Source: Okamejei kenojei
Taxonomy: Eukaryota
NCBI GenBank assembly: GCA_035221665.1
Contig: CM069133.1
Span: 7,440,001-7,504,000, forward strand
DNA length: 64,000 nt
Direction: 5' to 3'
The notes beneath the pieces are model-generated. The model saw only the letters and a list, made by a program, of their open reading frames with translations. It was not told the DNA's origin and searched no databases. Of this stretch, positions 21,424 through 36,437 are shown piece by piece (within the stretch, counting starts at the first letter, position 1; each line of letters starts with the position of its first letter). A program made the translations under genes and the position numbers.

Positions 21424-24400
21424 CTTTAATATTATCTATCCGACCATTGTAGCTCATTTCTAGCTTCCGGTGGTAACCGAATTGGCCGATCAAAGCGGCC
21501 AGCATTTGTTTTTTAATGCTGTGATTTTTGATCTTTGTAAATTTCGGTAGTGTAGCGGTCCGAATCGTGCAGCTGGGAATGTAGCTACCAATTTGCCTAT
21601 AACTTTTGCTGTTTGCCGAATGGTCGGTACCCTGGCGCAAGCAGGATTGTGGCACTCTTCTATTATAGCAGTAGCTTTATTAGTTGGGATGGTAAACTTC
21701 ATTAAATTGGTGTCTAGGGTGAACACCAAATAATCCATAACCCGTACCGGGTGCAGTTTTGATTTGTCTGGATGGATTACAACCCCAGCTTCTCAAGCAT
21801 AGCCTTGGTTGCAGCCACTCCTTGAATTGCCAATTGGAGGGTCTGCCCCACTATAAGGATTTCATCCAATATGCCATCACTATATAATCTTGTTGTTGGA
21901 GAAGAGCCAATACAGGTTTACAATTTGGTAAACAGCCTAGGGCTGTGATGATTCCATTGGGCAATGCACCCTTCCAGACAACTTCAGAATTCCCTGTGAG
22001 CCTCAGCGATGGGCACCGTTAGTATGCATCTTTCAAATCGATGCATGCCAAAAAGTACCTGGGTAAAGCATCTGCCTAGCTGTTCCAATAAGTATCCATT
22101 TTGAAATGGGTATATTGTACAAAAGTGTTCAACTCAGTTAAATCTATTATAATCCGACATCCCCCTTCTTTTTTACTCCTGGTGGACAAATTAAACTCAA
22201 ACTCATAGGTTCATGCTTGGTTTTGTCAATTACCCCTTTTTCTGCTAGCCGTATAATTTCAGCATGCCCTGCCTCCACCACTTTTTGGGATAGAGTAAAA
22301 TTCCTACGAGGCGAATGCTGGGTAGGGGAATTTATACCTCCAATAAATTTATATACCCCTTGAACACTTTGTAAAATAAACTCATCTGTGGTGACAGTTT
22401 TTCCCATATGTCAAAGGAAGCCCGCAATCGCCCACCTATTCGTGCAGAAGGGGATACTATGGCGTGAGAGGAGCCAGACCCCCTTACCTCCATGGTTAAC
22501 GGCGGTTCCGTACATACGGTGCTTCGGGTGGACGTTACGGAGTTTGACGGGCCGGCGGCCGCATTTTCCAAGCAGGCTGCTGTTGGCCTTGCCCTAAAAG
22601 GTCGTTGTGTTTGTAGAGATGGAGGAAGTTAGGATCTTTGTGCCCTATCCGGCAGCCTTGGTTCCCAGGTTGTATTAGGCTGTTGCCGGTGATATGGGTG
22701 AAGTCTGGCCGATGGAGTTTCATGAGGCCCGCTGTTTTGGCCTTCTTGTCCAGTCCCTTCACCTGTTTGGACAGGTCTCCAAACAACTGATGCGGCGGTG
22801 GAGCGGTAATGGTCGGCACAACCCCGCGAATTTGGGGTTGAGTGTGGGCTATATGGAGCTCTTACGCAGGCAGTTTATCTCATACTGGGCATTGCATAGG
22901 AGTGCCAGTGCATCTTGCTGTTTACTGGACACATTATCCCCGACCAGGGTCCTAGCAAACGTCGTTATGCCCGTGGAGAACCTTTCTCCAAGGTATTATT
23001 GAGAACCTGACTCTGGAGTTGGTGCGTAATTAGGCAATCAATGGTGCCCGCCAATTCGTGGTGCAGGGGTTCACCTGTCTGGGTGGAAACGGCAAACTTC
23101 ACTCACCACATCCAGCATATCCTCCTCATGCTCTGGCTCAGCGGTCACTGGCTGTCCCGGGTCGTCTTCAAACAGCAGCTGGGCAATCATTAATGCTTCT
23201 GGCGGGAGACGATGAGATGCTGAGTGTGTGTCCTTGCACGCTAGTGGATGTCCCGCGAGTCCTGCTCTTCTCGTTCCCGGTCCCGCTGGAGGTGTTGCAC
23301 CACTAAGAGCTCCAACCGCTCTATGCGACCGTCCCTGCTATATGCAGCGGAACAAGCCGACTTCCCCAGGCCCTGCGAACTCACTGGGGCTTCCACCATC
23401 GGACCACACCTCCATAAGGTGCTGTCTAGGGTCCAATGGCAGGTTGTCGTGACCTACAGCCCAAGTTAGGATCATACGACTCCCGCACGGACTCTCCGCT
23501 AGTCTGTTTCTCCCAGACTTTGTTTGATAAGAAAGGCAGGTGAGTTGAATCGGCGCGGCCCCCGGAACCTGGCTCCCCGGAGTCCGTGCAGGCTTACCTC
23601 CACACATGCCCATCTTTTGGCGTGGAGGCGCATGGTCGGCCGCTCCCAGAGCTGAGCTGACTGAACGCTTCCTGCTGCCACCTCCGCCCTTGACCGCAGC
23701 CTGACGGGGTGTGTTGTCGGCGGTATCTGCTCCAGCAGGCCTAACACGATGCAGCAGTGATGTTGCCAGGCTGCACTACGGCTGATTCCCTGGCTGTGGT
23801 TACGTATTGCACAGCTGTAGGCTCCCCCTGTCGTGCGGCTGTCCCGGACCCAGCCCCCCTCGGGGTCTTCTGGAGCTCGGGGAGGGGTTGCCTGTAAAGA
23901 GTGAGGCCCCTTGCAACGTACCTGTATCCCCCCTTCTTTTCTTGGGGGACGGGGGCTCGGAGTCTGGATCCGTTGCATCCAGCTCCGGAGCGGTAACCCA
24001 TTCGGGTGAGTCGGCCCCTGAATCAGCGGGTGCGCCCGACTTCCGCATTCCTGCCCCCACCCCACTCACGTGACTCCGAAGTAAAATACATTCTAATACA
24101 TTACAACATTATAAAATACTATAACCCACTTTAACACACTATACGCACTACAACACACTATATTATAATCTCAGTGTAATTTACTATAACACATAATACA
24201 CTATAATACGTCTAGCACAATATAACAATATACCGTACCAAATTATAAAACACTATCACACGTTATAATAGAATTTAACACATAATCACACTCTTTTAAA
24301 CACAATAATACATTATAACACACTATAGCACAATAAATACACTATAACACACAGATACATAATAATGCACTACGACATGTAGCTATAACACATTGAAATA

Positions 24401-25307
24401 CGTATAATACAGCATAACACTGCAATGCACTATAACATTTATAACGCTATTATAATGCTTTAACAATTGCAATATAATATAACGGACTATATACACTATA
24501 ACGCAATCTAACACATTGTAACACCCAAATTCGTACTATAATACACTATAACATGATAACACACTATAACACTATATAACAATTTAATACACTTTAACAA
24601 TTGAATTCACTATAACACTATAATAATACATTATTGTGCATATCTTGCTATAATTTATATTGCAGATGAAACACACTATGAATCAGTATAACACTATATT
24701 GTGTTGGTGTTAGTGTGTTATGGTTTATTATTGCTGTATATTTTACTGTTAATTTTAGTGTAATAGTGAGTTATTCTATATGGTGATCTAGTGTTTTTTA
24801 TAATGTGTTTACCCCCCCCATATTATAATATGTGTTGTATTGTTATGTATTAATGTGTGTTATCGTGCCATTACAGCGTGTTATTGTGTATCATAAGTGT
24901 TATCGTGTATTACAGCGTGGTAGTACAATAAACGTTATTGTGAACTATAGTGGGTCAGTGTTATATTCTAAAGTATTATGGTATTAGTGTGTTATAGTAT
25001 TATGTATTATGTATAATATAATATGTTAGCATAGTTTTTTTGTATAGAATAATGTATTATAGTTTATTAGTATATCTTCATCTCTGGCTCAATCTATATA
25101 TCTCTATAAACTCTATACACTATATACGATACGAATACAGGAAAATACTATAAAACAGAATAACATTTATAGCGTTATAACAGATTCTAGTATGTTGTAT
25201 TATAATGTTTTATCATGTGATATCATGTTATCGTGCATATATATATTACATCGTGTTAAGGTGTTATTACTGTGTTATATTATATTGTATTATGGTATAT
25301 GGTATAT

Positions 25308-26040
25308 CCTGATTTTAAATTGTCTGACAACAATTAGTGTCTGTAATAAGAAAAAAAAAAAAAAGATAAAATATCTAGGGCATATTATTACAGAACAAAT
25401 GACAGATGATGAGTATATTTATAGGCAACGACGCATGCTGTATATACAGGCGAATATCCTCTTGCGTAAATTTGGTGCATGTGCAGATGTGGTGAAGATG
25501 TCACTATTTAGAGCATACTGCACACCCCTCTACACTGCGCCACCTGTGGTCGAAATAACTATTTAAAGACAAGTATGCAGAGACTAAGGTTGCGTATATA
25601 ACGATGCCATGAGAACACTGCTAAGGCAACCAAGATGGTGTAGTGCCTCAGTAATATGTTGTGGCTGCAGGAGTCAGTACTCTAGAAGCTATTCTAAGAT
25701 CGCAACACATGTATAAATTCATTTGCATGGTTATATGACTCTAAAAATGTGATTATTGTGGCCCTGACAAACATAAGGGTTAGCACTACACGCTACGAAT
25801 CCAGTTGTGGAGACACTGGTATCGTTGTCTCATTGTAGACATTGATCATTTTTTTACCTCTGGATTTTTAACTTAAGTATTGTGGGGTTTTTTTTAAATA
25901 TATAAATTATGATGTTTTTATGTGATTTACCATGATTTTATATATATTTATGATATTTGAGATGCAATGCATTTTTTAATGTAATGTTGCCCCTTGTCTG
26001 GACCTTGAGTCTGTAATAAAGTTATTATTATTATTATTAT
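25308..26040 (+). mobile_element. 5'-truncated non-LTR retrotransposon, RTE/RTEX-like
   Basis: IKYLGHIITEQMTDDE..RQRRMLYIQANILLRKF..C..VKMSLFRAYCTPLY (RT domain 7 and thumb). AATAAA followed by a (TTA)n tail at ~26015-26040. Confidence 0.75.
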
Positions 26041-26999
26041 ATGGTTATTGTATTATGTCTTGTAGAGTGTTATTCTTGTAATGTATTATAGCGTGTGATA
26101 GTATTATAATGTTATAGTGTAGTGTACTGTGTAGTTTACTGCAATGTGCTAATATATTACGTTAGTGTTATGTTGTATTATTACTGCCTTATAGTATTAT
26201 AATGTGATAGATTATTATTGTGTATTATACGGTATTATAGTTACAGGGCTTTGTCAGAGTGCATTATAGTGCGTTAGTGTTATAGTGTGTCTTACTTTAT
26301 TATAATGCATTTTATAGCATGTTTTTATAATTAATGTTATAGCGCATTGTAGTGCATTGTAGTGTCTTTAAGTGTTATATTGTGTATTGTTTGTTTATGG
26401 CATTATTTTTATGATATACGTATTTTATACATTTCATTATATAGTAAGATATAGTGTGCATTATAGTGTTATTTTGCATTATATGTATATATTGTGTATA
26501 TATATTATATATATTGCGTTAATCATTGTTTTAGTGTATTATAGTCTGTTATAGTGTAATACTGTAGTGTATTTATAATGTGATAGCGTGTTCGTGTATT
26601 ATAGTATTAATAGTGCGTTATACTGTTATATGTATCATAATATTTACATATATAATATTATACTATTATAATGTTTATATTGTAATGTGTTTAATATTAG
26701 TATGGTGTGTTATCATATTGTATTATAGTATCTGGTGTGTCTTATTATGTATTATAATGTTATAGTTAGTATTAGTACAATGAGTTTGTAGTGCATTTAT
26801 AATGAATTTTATATTGTGTTAGTATTATATATCATAAGTATTATAGTATTAGTGCATAATAGTGTTGTTATATAGTTTATTATAGTGTATCTGTTTTTAA
26901 ATAGTTTCAATTACTATACTATCATCTATATATATACATAGATATATATATCTTTAAACGATCTATCTGTATATTTATCTTTCTCTTATATCCTCGATA

Positions 27000-29900
27000 T
27001 CTATCATCTCCAGCTGCAGCATCGCTCTCAGGTTCTCCAGCTCTTGCTCCACTCCGCGCAGCTCTATCTCAAAACTCTTACTCCAACCAGCTCCCTTTTC
27101 CAGGTCGACCAATCCAGCTCTAGCTCCCATCTTCTACTCGATTAGCTCTCTATATCTCTAGTCCCATCTGTTTTTGTGTCTCTCTCTACCTATCACTCTC
27201 CCTCTCTCCTCCCTCTCTCCACCCCTCTCTCGAACATAAAAATAAACATGCCTTAACACCAATATAAAATCTCCATCTCAAGCTCTGGTTCCATCTCCAT
27301 CTCCAGGTATAGCTCCAACTCTAGCTCTATCTCTAGCCCCATCTTCAGTTCCATCTCCAGTTCCATCTCCAGTTCCATCTCCATCTCCATCTCCACGTCC
27401 AGTTGTATCACCAAATCTAGCTCTAGCTCCAGGTCCAGCTCCACCTCCATCTTAAGCTCCATCTCCATCTCCAGTTCCATTTCCAGCTCCAGGTACCTCC
27501 GGCTCCATCTCCACCTCCGGCCCCATCTCCACCTCCTGCTCCAACTCCATTCTTCAGCTCCAGCTCCAGCTCCAGCTCCAGCTCCAGATCCACCACCACC
27601 CTCCCAGCTCCACCTCCATCAGCAGCTCTAGCTCCATATTCAGCCTCCAGATCCAGATCCACCACCATCTCCAGCTCTAGCTCCAGTTCCATCTCCAGCT
27701 GCAGCTCCAGAGCTCCATCTTCATTCCATTTCTAGCTCGATCTACCCAGCTCTACTATCTCCAGCTCATCAACAGCTCTTAGCCCAGCTCAATCTCCAGC
27801 TAAATCTCCCTTTCTAGCTCTAGCTCCATCTCCAGCTGCATCTCAAAACTCTAGCTCCATATCCTGCTCCATTTCCTGTTCCAGCTACAGCTGCAGCTAT
27901 ATCTCCAGCTACAGCTGCATCTCCATCTCCTGTTCTATCTCCATCTCCAGTTACATTCCAGCTCCATTATTCCATCTCCAGCTCCATCTCCAACTCCACC
28001 TCCACCTCCACCTCCACCTCCATCTGCAGTTCCAGCTCCATCTGCAGTTCCAGCTCCAGCTCTATCTCTAGGTCCATCCCCACCTCCATATTCAGCTCTA
28101 GCTCAAGCTTCAGCTCCATCTCCAGCTCCATCTCCAGCTCTATCTCTAGGTCCATCCCCACCTCCATATTCAGCTCTAGCTCAAGCTTCAGCTCCATCTC
28201 CAGCTCCATCTCCAGGTCCCTCCGGCACCATCTCCAGCTCGATCTTCAACTCTACCTGCATCTCCAGCTCCATCTCCAGCTTCTGCTCTAACTCCATCAC
28301 CAGTTCCATCTCCAGCTTTATCTCTAGCTCCATCCCCAGCTCCATATTCAGCTCTAGCTCAAGCTGCAGCTCCATTTCCAGCTCCATCTCCAGGTCCCTC
28401 CGGTGCCATCTCAGCACTCCACATTCAGCTCTAGCTCAAGCTCCAGCTCCATCTCCAGCTCCATCTTCATCTGCAGCTCTAGCTCCATCTGCAGCTCCAG
28501 CTCCATCTCAATCTCTAGTGAAAACTACCTCCAGCTCCAGCTCCGCCATCCATCTCCAGCTCCAGCTCTAGCCTCAACTCCATCTTCACAATCTAGCTCT
28601 AAGCACTAGGTCCATCCCAGCCCTCGAGCTCACCTCACACTCCAGCTGTAGATCTAGCTCCATCCTCAAGATCACAAAGCTCGAGTTCCCATCTGCAGCT
28701 CAATCTCCAGCTATATCTCCACGTCTAACGCTCTAGTTCTACCTCAATCTCCAGCCCTCTCCAGCTCTAGCTAAATCTCCATTCCCCAGCAACAGCTCCA
28801 TCTCCAACATTAGCTCTAGCTCTCCTCAATCTTTAGCTCCACCTCCAGCTCAATTCCAGCTCCGAGCTCTATTTCCAGCTGCAGCGACAGCTCCATCTCC
28901 ATCTCTAGACCCAAGCTCCATCTCCAGCCCTAGCTGTACCTCCATCACCAGCTCCATCTCCAGTGCTATCACCAGGTCCAGCTCCATCTCCATTTCTAGC
29001 TATAGTTTTCATCTTCATTTCCAAATCCAAACTCCATCTCAATCGCCCAGCTACTAGCCTCCCATCGCAAGCTTCTCCGTTCCAGCTCTTATCTCTAGCT
29101 CTATCTTCACAAATCCCTCCAGCCCTACTGTAAATCAAAACCTTCATCCACTCGCTCCATCTCCAGCTCTAGCTAAAGCTCTATTTCCCAGTGCGCTCAG
29201 TGCCAGCCCCAGCTCTAGCTCCATCCTCACTGCTCTAGTGTTTCAGTTCCAGCTCCAAATACTATCTCTCCTACCTGCTAAATCCTCCAAGCTCACGCTC
29301 TACCTCTCATCGTCCGTCACACCCCATCCAGTCTCCAGCTCTAGCTCCATTTCCATCTCAATTTCCAGCTCTAGCTCCATCTCCAGCTATATCTCCTGCT
29401 AGTGGGCAGCTGGAGCGACAAGCTGGAGTGATGATACATATCAAGATTAGATATCCTGTACGCAGTGCTAATCTTCCATCGAAAGCTCTGGTAGTTCTCG
29501 CGCTCCAGCTCCAGCTGCATCTCTATCTCCTACTCTATTTCTAGCTTCTATCTCTAGCTGTAACTCCATATCCAGCTCCATTTCCAGCATCTATTTTCCA
29601 GCTCTCCATCGACAAACTCCATCTCCAACTCTAGCACATGCTCCATTTCCAGCTCAAGCTATAGCACCATCTCAGCTTATATCATCAGCTCTAGCTCTAG
29701 CTCGGCTCCCAGTCATCAGGCTCTAGCTCCATCTCCAGCTCATTCTCCAGATATCTGCAAGCTTCTGCTTGTTCAAGATTAAGCTCTAGTTCCCCATCTA
29801 CATCTACATCTCCACCTCTATCTCAGCTCTTGCTTTAGCTTCATCTCCAGCCAGCATTCTCCATCTTCCAGCGGTAGCTCTAGCTCAATCTCCAGCTCTA

Positions 29901-31930
29901 TCTGCAGCACCAGCTCCAATTTCAGCTCCATCTCCATCTTCAGCTCCAATTCCAGCTCAAGCTCCATGTCCTCCTCTATCTCCATCTCCATCTCCATCTC
30001 CAGCACCCTGCAGCTCCATCTCTAGCTCCAGTTCCATATCCAGCTCATCGCTCGCTCAAGCTCCATCTTCAGCTCCCTCCCCCAGCTCTAGCTCTACTCA
30101 TTCAGCTCAGTCTCCAGCTCCTCCAGCACTAACACTATTTCCAGCACCATCTCCAGCTCCAGCACCATTTCCAGTGCCATCTCCAGCTCCAGTTCCATAT
30201 CCAGCTCCCGCTCGAGCTCCACCTTCAGCTCCAGCACTAGCTCCATCTCCATCTCAATTGCCAGCTCCAGCTCTAGCTCCATATCAAGCTCCCTCCAGCT
30301 CCAGCTCCAGCACCAGCTCTATCTCAATCTCCAGCTCACTCCAGCTCTAGGTTAACTCCATCTCCAGCTCTAGATCGGGCTCCCTCCAACTCCATCTCCA
30401 GCTGCAGCTCCAGCATTTACTCCCATCTCCAGCTCAATCTCCAGCTCTAACTCTAGCTCTTATCTCCAGCTCCATCTTCAGCTCTAGCTCCAGTCTCACA
30501 GCTCTAGCTCTACTCAGCTCTGTCTCCAGCTCCATCTCCAGCTCCATTTCCAGCCCATTTCCAGACTCTAGCTGTCCAAATCCAGCTTTAGCTCTGCTTG
30601 CTTACAGTCTCTCCAGCTGTACAAGGCTAGAGAAACATCTCCAGCTGTACAAGCTAGAGACACGATCTCTCCCATCCTGGCACTCATCTCCAGCTCCATT
30701 TCCAGCTCTAACTAGCTCTATCTCTAACTCCAGCAGCAACTCAAGCTGTTAGACTCTAACTCAAGCTTCAGCTCAAGCAAAAGTTCTGCGGACATCTCAG
30801 CTGCATCTCCAACTAGCTCAAAGCTCCACGCTCCATCTCCAGCTCTAGCTCCATCTCCTGCTCCATTTCCTGCTCCAGGCCCAGCTGCAGCTGTATCTCC
30901 TGTTCTATTTCCATCTCCAGTTCCAACTCCAGCTCCATCTCCAGCACCATCTCGTTCTCCTGCTCCTGCTCCAGCTCCGGCTCTAGCTCCATCACAAGCT
31001 CCATCTTCAGCTCTAGCTCTAGCTCTATTCCCAGCTCCATATTCAGCTATAGCTCAAACTGCAGCTCCATCTACGGCTCCATCTCCATCTTCAGCTGCAT
31101 CTCCCCTACCTCTACCTCTAGCTACAGCTCTACCTCCACCTCTAGCTACAGCTCTAGCTCCATCTCCAGCTCCACTTCCACCTCCATCTGCAGCTCCAGC
31201 TCCATCTCAATCTTCAGTTAACGCTGCATTTTCAGCTCCAGCTCCGTCTCCATCTCCAGCTCCAGCTCTAGCTCTAGCCTCAGCTCCACCTCCAAATCTA
31301 GCTCGAGCTCTCGCATTAGGTCCATCCCCAGCTCCATCGAACTGCACCTCCAGCTGTAGATTTAGCTCCATCTGCAACTCAATCTCCAGCTCCATCTCCA
31401 GCTCCAGCCGTAGCTCCTTCACCAGCTCTAGCTGTAGACGTAGCTCCATATTCAGCTCTATCTCCAGCTCTAGCTCTATCTCCTTCTCCGTCTAAAGCTC
31501 CCAGTTCTACATCCATCTCAGCTCCTATCTCCAGTCTATAGCTAAAAACTCATTCCAGCTCCAAAGCTCACTCCATCCTACCAACACTACTCAGCTCCTT
31601 CTTTAGCTCCATCGTCTAACTCCAGCTCTATTTTCAGCTCTAACTTGACATGGAGCTAGAGCTGGAGATGGAGATGGAACTCGAGATGGAGCTGGAAACT
31701 GGAGCTAGAGTTGGAGGAGAAGAGCTGCTGATGGAGGTGAACCCTGGAGCGTGGAGATGGGGCTGTAGCTGAAATTGAACTACAGCTAGAGCTAGAGGTG
31801 GAGGCTAAGAGTTGGGAGATAGTAGCTTGGAGATGGAGATGGAGCTAGACCTTAAGATGGGGACGGCATCAGGAGCTGGAGTCGGTGCGCTCGGACCTTG
31901 CTGGAGATGGAGCTAGTACTGGAGATGGGG
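27000..31930. repeat. Hexamer satellite (CTCCAG/CTCTAG/CTCCAT), block 1; strand flip at ~31648
   Basis: Directly visible; produces spurious ELEMEL/SSSSI/APAPSP ORFs. Confidence 0.92.
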
Positions 31931-32574
31931 AAGTTTATATGGGGTGTGTTTTGAGCTATTATTATTATATAATACTGGAGAGAGCTCTAGGCAGGAGATA
32001 GATGCTCGGAGATAGATAGAACGCGATTATAGAGATAGAGTATAGAGATAGAGATAGAAATAGATAGAGAGAGATAGAGATAGAGATATACAAAGTGATT
32101 CAAAGAGACGAGAGATATAGATAGATGGGGCTATTGATAGAGAGAGATAATGGAGTAGAAGATGGAGCCTGAGCTGGAGGTGGGAGGGAGCAAGAGCTAG
32201 TGGGACACTGGGCTTACAGCTTGAGATGATAGATATCGAGATGAGCAGAGAGGACATAGAGATAGAGAGATAAAGATTTAGAGAGGATCGATAAAAGATA
32301 TATTTATGGATGGACATAATGATTGAGAAATAGAAAAAGATACACTATAATAACCTATAATACACGATTACACACTAATACTATAATACCATAACACTAT
32401 CACCTTATAATATACTTTATAATACACTAACACAATATAATATACACTATAAACACTAAACACTATAATACTAACAGCAATAACAATATAATACATAATA
32501 AGATAACACATTAATGCATAATACATAATACGATAACACACTAATACTAAATTATATTATAACATTACAACATA

Positions 32575-34388
32575 CAGTGGCTTGCAAAAGTATTCATAAC
32601 CCTTGAACTTTTCCACATTTTGTCACGTTACAGCCACAAACGTAAATGGGATTTTATGTGATAGACCAACATAAAGTGGCGCATAATTGTGAAGTGGAAG
32701 GAAAATGATACATGGTTTTAAACTTTTTTTACAAATAAAAAACTGAAATGTTGTGGCGTCTCAAAAAGTGATGACAGGCCCACCTTTGTACTCTGATTTA
32801 CCCCTAAATAAAATCTCAGTGACAACTCCAATGCCTTTAGAAGTCACCTAATTAGTAAATAGAATCCCACTTGTGTGTACATCTACCATACCTCAGTATA
32901 AAAAATACAGCATGTTACTGTGAAGGCCTCAGAGAGTTTTTAGGTGAAACATTAGTGAACAAAACAACGTTTCTTTGGGCATCTACTGAAGCCCAAAGGA
33001 ACACACCAGATCAGGTTTTGTAGGGATAACAGTATTGTGAGAGAGGTTTAGAGTCAGGGTGTAAGGTTTATCAAACCACTGTATCGCCAAGCTTTGAAAC
33101 ATTCCTCACCGGAGACATCTGTTTCAAATCCTATACATATCCGAAGAATGGAATGAAGTATGGAACAAATGCAAACCCTACCAAGAGACCATGGCCGTCA
33201 CCTAAAACATGCAGGACCGGGCCAAGAAGTGCAATTGATAAGATGATAAGCTAGAGCAAATGAGGCCTCCATGGTAAACTGGAGGTGCTGCAGAGATTCC
33301 ACAGCTCCAGGTGGGAGATCTGTCCCACAGGACAACTATTATGTTGTGCACTACCAGAAATTGTGCCCTGTATGGAAGTGTGGCAAGACAGAAAGCCTAT
33401 TTGTGAAAAAAAAAATAAGAAGTCCGTTTGCAGTTTGCACAAGCCATGTGGGGACAAGCAAACATGTGGAGGAAGGTCGCTCTGTGTCTGATGGGTCCAA
33501 AAATTTGAAAGTGTTGGCTAAATGCAAAATGCTATGATGTGCTGAAAAACATCACTACACATCGCACCCTGAACACAATATCCTAACTGTGAAAACATGG
33601 TGGGTCGGTCGCATCATGCTGTGGGGAATCGACTTTTCTTCAGCAGGGACACGGGAAGCTGGTCAGAGTTAATGGGAGATGGATGGAGTCCGCTCAACTA
33701 AATACAGGGCAATCGCTTGGAAGAACACCTGTTTAGAGTCTGCAAGAAGACTTGAGACTGGAGGTGGAGGTTCAAACCTTCGTAGCCAGGACAACGACCC
33801 TAAACGTTAACAGTCAGAGCTTACAATGGAATGGTTTTGTTCAAAGTGTATTAATGGCTCGTTAGAGAATCGGCCCAGTTAGATAAAGTACAGTAATAAT
33901 AATCCAATGAGAATCTCCTGGCATGACTTTGAAAATTGTGTTGCACACCAGACGCTTGCTCTCCGATCCAATCTGAATCTGAGCTTGAGCTATTTTGCAA
34001 AGAAGAGCATGTGGCGCAGAAGTAATTCGCTCGTTGCCTATGTAGATATGTAAGAAGAGGGTAGTTGAGACATACCCCAGAAAAGACCTTGCCAGCATGT
34101 TATTGCTAAACGAAAGGTGGTTTACAAAGTATTGACTCAGGGGGGCTGAAATAACTTTTGCACGCCATAAACTATTTAAAGTTTTTATCATTTGTAAGTT
34201 AGAAAAATTTGGAATACCATGTTCTCTCATTTTTCCTTCCACTTCAACAATTATGCACCACTTTGTTGTTGGTCTTCCACAAAAAATCCCCATATAATTA
34301 ATGAGCGTGAGAGGTTAGTAACGTTGCATACTCAAATATGTGTGGAAGTAAGTGTCAAGTGGGTTATGAATTACTTTTGCAAGCACTG
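32575..34388 (+). mobile_element. Second Tc1 copy of the same family, heavily indel-disrupted
   Basis: TA-CAGTGGCTTGCAAAAGTATTC start and ..TTTTGCAAGCACTG-TA end; colinear with 16482-18151 but ~140 bp longer. Confidence 0.88.
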
Positions 34389-36437
34389 TAGCGCACTTTA
34401 TAATACTCAGTAAGATAACCACTATAATAACATTATAAATTTATCTGAGATAACATATAACAGTATAAAATACTATTAACACAATAATACACTAAACACG
34501 ATAATATACAATTATACATATATATATATTTATAACCCGAACTATTAGATACTTAAAACTTATGTACTTTGAAAGCCCAATATATGCAAAATAACAGCTG
34601 CAACACCACCTATCGCACTACATCTTAACTTAATAGAAATGTATATAATTTCTTTTTTTTAACAACATTTTATCATAGAAACAATTACTGCCATAATCCT
34701 CAACTTATACAGTACACTAACAATTACGCTATAATTTACACAGTGTTTAAAATATAAAACACTATTAAAACGTTACAAATACAACTACGACACCACTAAT
34801 GCACTATAATAGTATAAACTATAATAACGTTACATCGCATTAATAATAAACTATACACACTTCGTCCCACGATATAATACAACTTTACCAGCAATAATTC
34901 TGTAATGCAGTTAATACAACTTACGTTACCATACGTTTAACAATATTAAACTAAAACTACTAGTACTATCGATAGTGAGAATAGATCATTAGAGTGGATG
35001 GAGATACGAGAGATATTTATAATAAACTATCACACTCCATTACACATAATAATAAATTACTAATAAATCTTTAACAATATCTATACATAATACAAACAAT
35101 ACTAATACGATAATGGCTGCTATTACATTTTACATTATAATCATATAATAAAATGGTCACATATAACACACTAATAAACGTTACGACTACGACGTTTAAC
35201 CATCGGTTATATAAACTGAATAATGAAATTTTATACACTCCCGCAGAAAAAACAGTAATGTAACTCTTGAATTTAAGATATGCACTCACTTTCACGCGTA
35301 ACTGTAATCAGTACGATATGCCGTAAATCATATATTGCAATGAATACACTATGCCATACAGTATAACCCTACTATATAGTCGTTAGTGTTAGTGTGATGA
35401 TATTTTAGTGTTAGAGTCTGTTATCACGTGTATTCTATTTGAGTCTATCGGTTTCTGATAATGTCCTAATTATGTATTATATCTGTTACATATCAGATAC
35501 AAGACAGGTTGTGTTGTATTGTTGTCGTTTATATTCTTGTTAATTAGTGTATAATTGTAGGTGTCAATATATGATATCTGTCTTCGTATTTGTATAGTAA
35601 TTTTATAAGGGTTAACACATTATGTTATAAATACATAAAATAAGTACTTCCCTTAAACACGACATAAACCCTGTGTTCATGTGTACAGTGCACCACTGTA
35701 CATGTTTTTATTAATTTTACTCAAAACACCAAATAGAAGGATAGTCACACCCACTTTCACACACTTCAACATACGATACCGCATACACATTATATAAATC
35801 ATATAACAGCAAATATTACATTATAATAGACTTAACATTAGAATTCTGCATAGTATTATAAAACATCTGTAAAATACTGTCATAGTTTGTGCTATACTTT
35901 ATTGTAGCTGTTTTTCGTATGTTTTGAGTGCTATGTATCTCGTGTGATTGATCAGTGAAAGTGTTAATGTGTTAAATTTGTGCGAGAGTGCAGAAGGTAT
36001 AGAGTATGTTTAGTGGTTTTATAACGTAGTACAAAGGTGTGTATTTAGCGTCTCTATACATGTGTTACCTATTGCGTTATTAGCTGTATTCGCTTATAGA
36101 GGTGTAATGTGTCTATAGTGACATTTCCATTGTACTTTTGCTAATGTGTTCTAGAACGCGCGTGGTATTGTCTATCAGTGTATAGTATATATAGTCACTG
36201 ATTTAGTCGTGTATTATATAGTTATGAGTTTCCTGTGCTATCTGTGATAGGGTAATTATGCGTATTTCGTAATTAGTTACCCCACAGTATGTTATCAAAT
36301 GTATTAATCTGTGTATTACAGTGTGTTATGTTGTGTTAAACTGTATTATAAAGTGACACTATTGATGTGATATTAATGTGACTAATTGCTGTTTGTGTAG
36401 AATATCGGTGCTATTATGTAGTGATTGATAGTGTGTA

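Larger units (their letters stand above)
18651..24088 (-). mobile_element. DIRS1-type tyrosine-recombinase retrotransposon 1 (gag-RT-RNaseH-MT-YR), degenerate
   Basis: Right ITR from 18651 (AATAGTAAGATTAAACGAGAAC), internal complementary region ~18870-18986, left terminus ..CACGTGACTCCGAAGTAAAATA at 24088. Coding remnants of YR, MT, RNase H (TDAS..GWGA; AYINHMGG) and RT. Confidence 0.92.
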
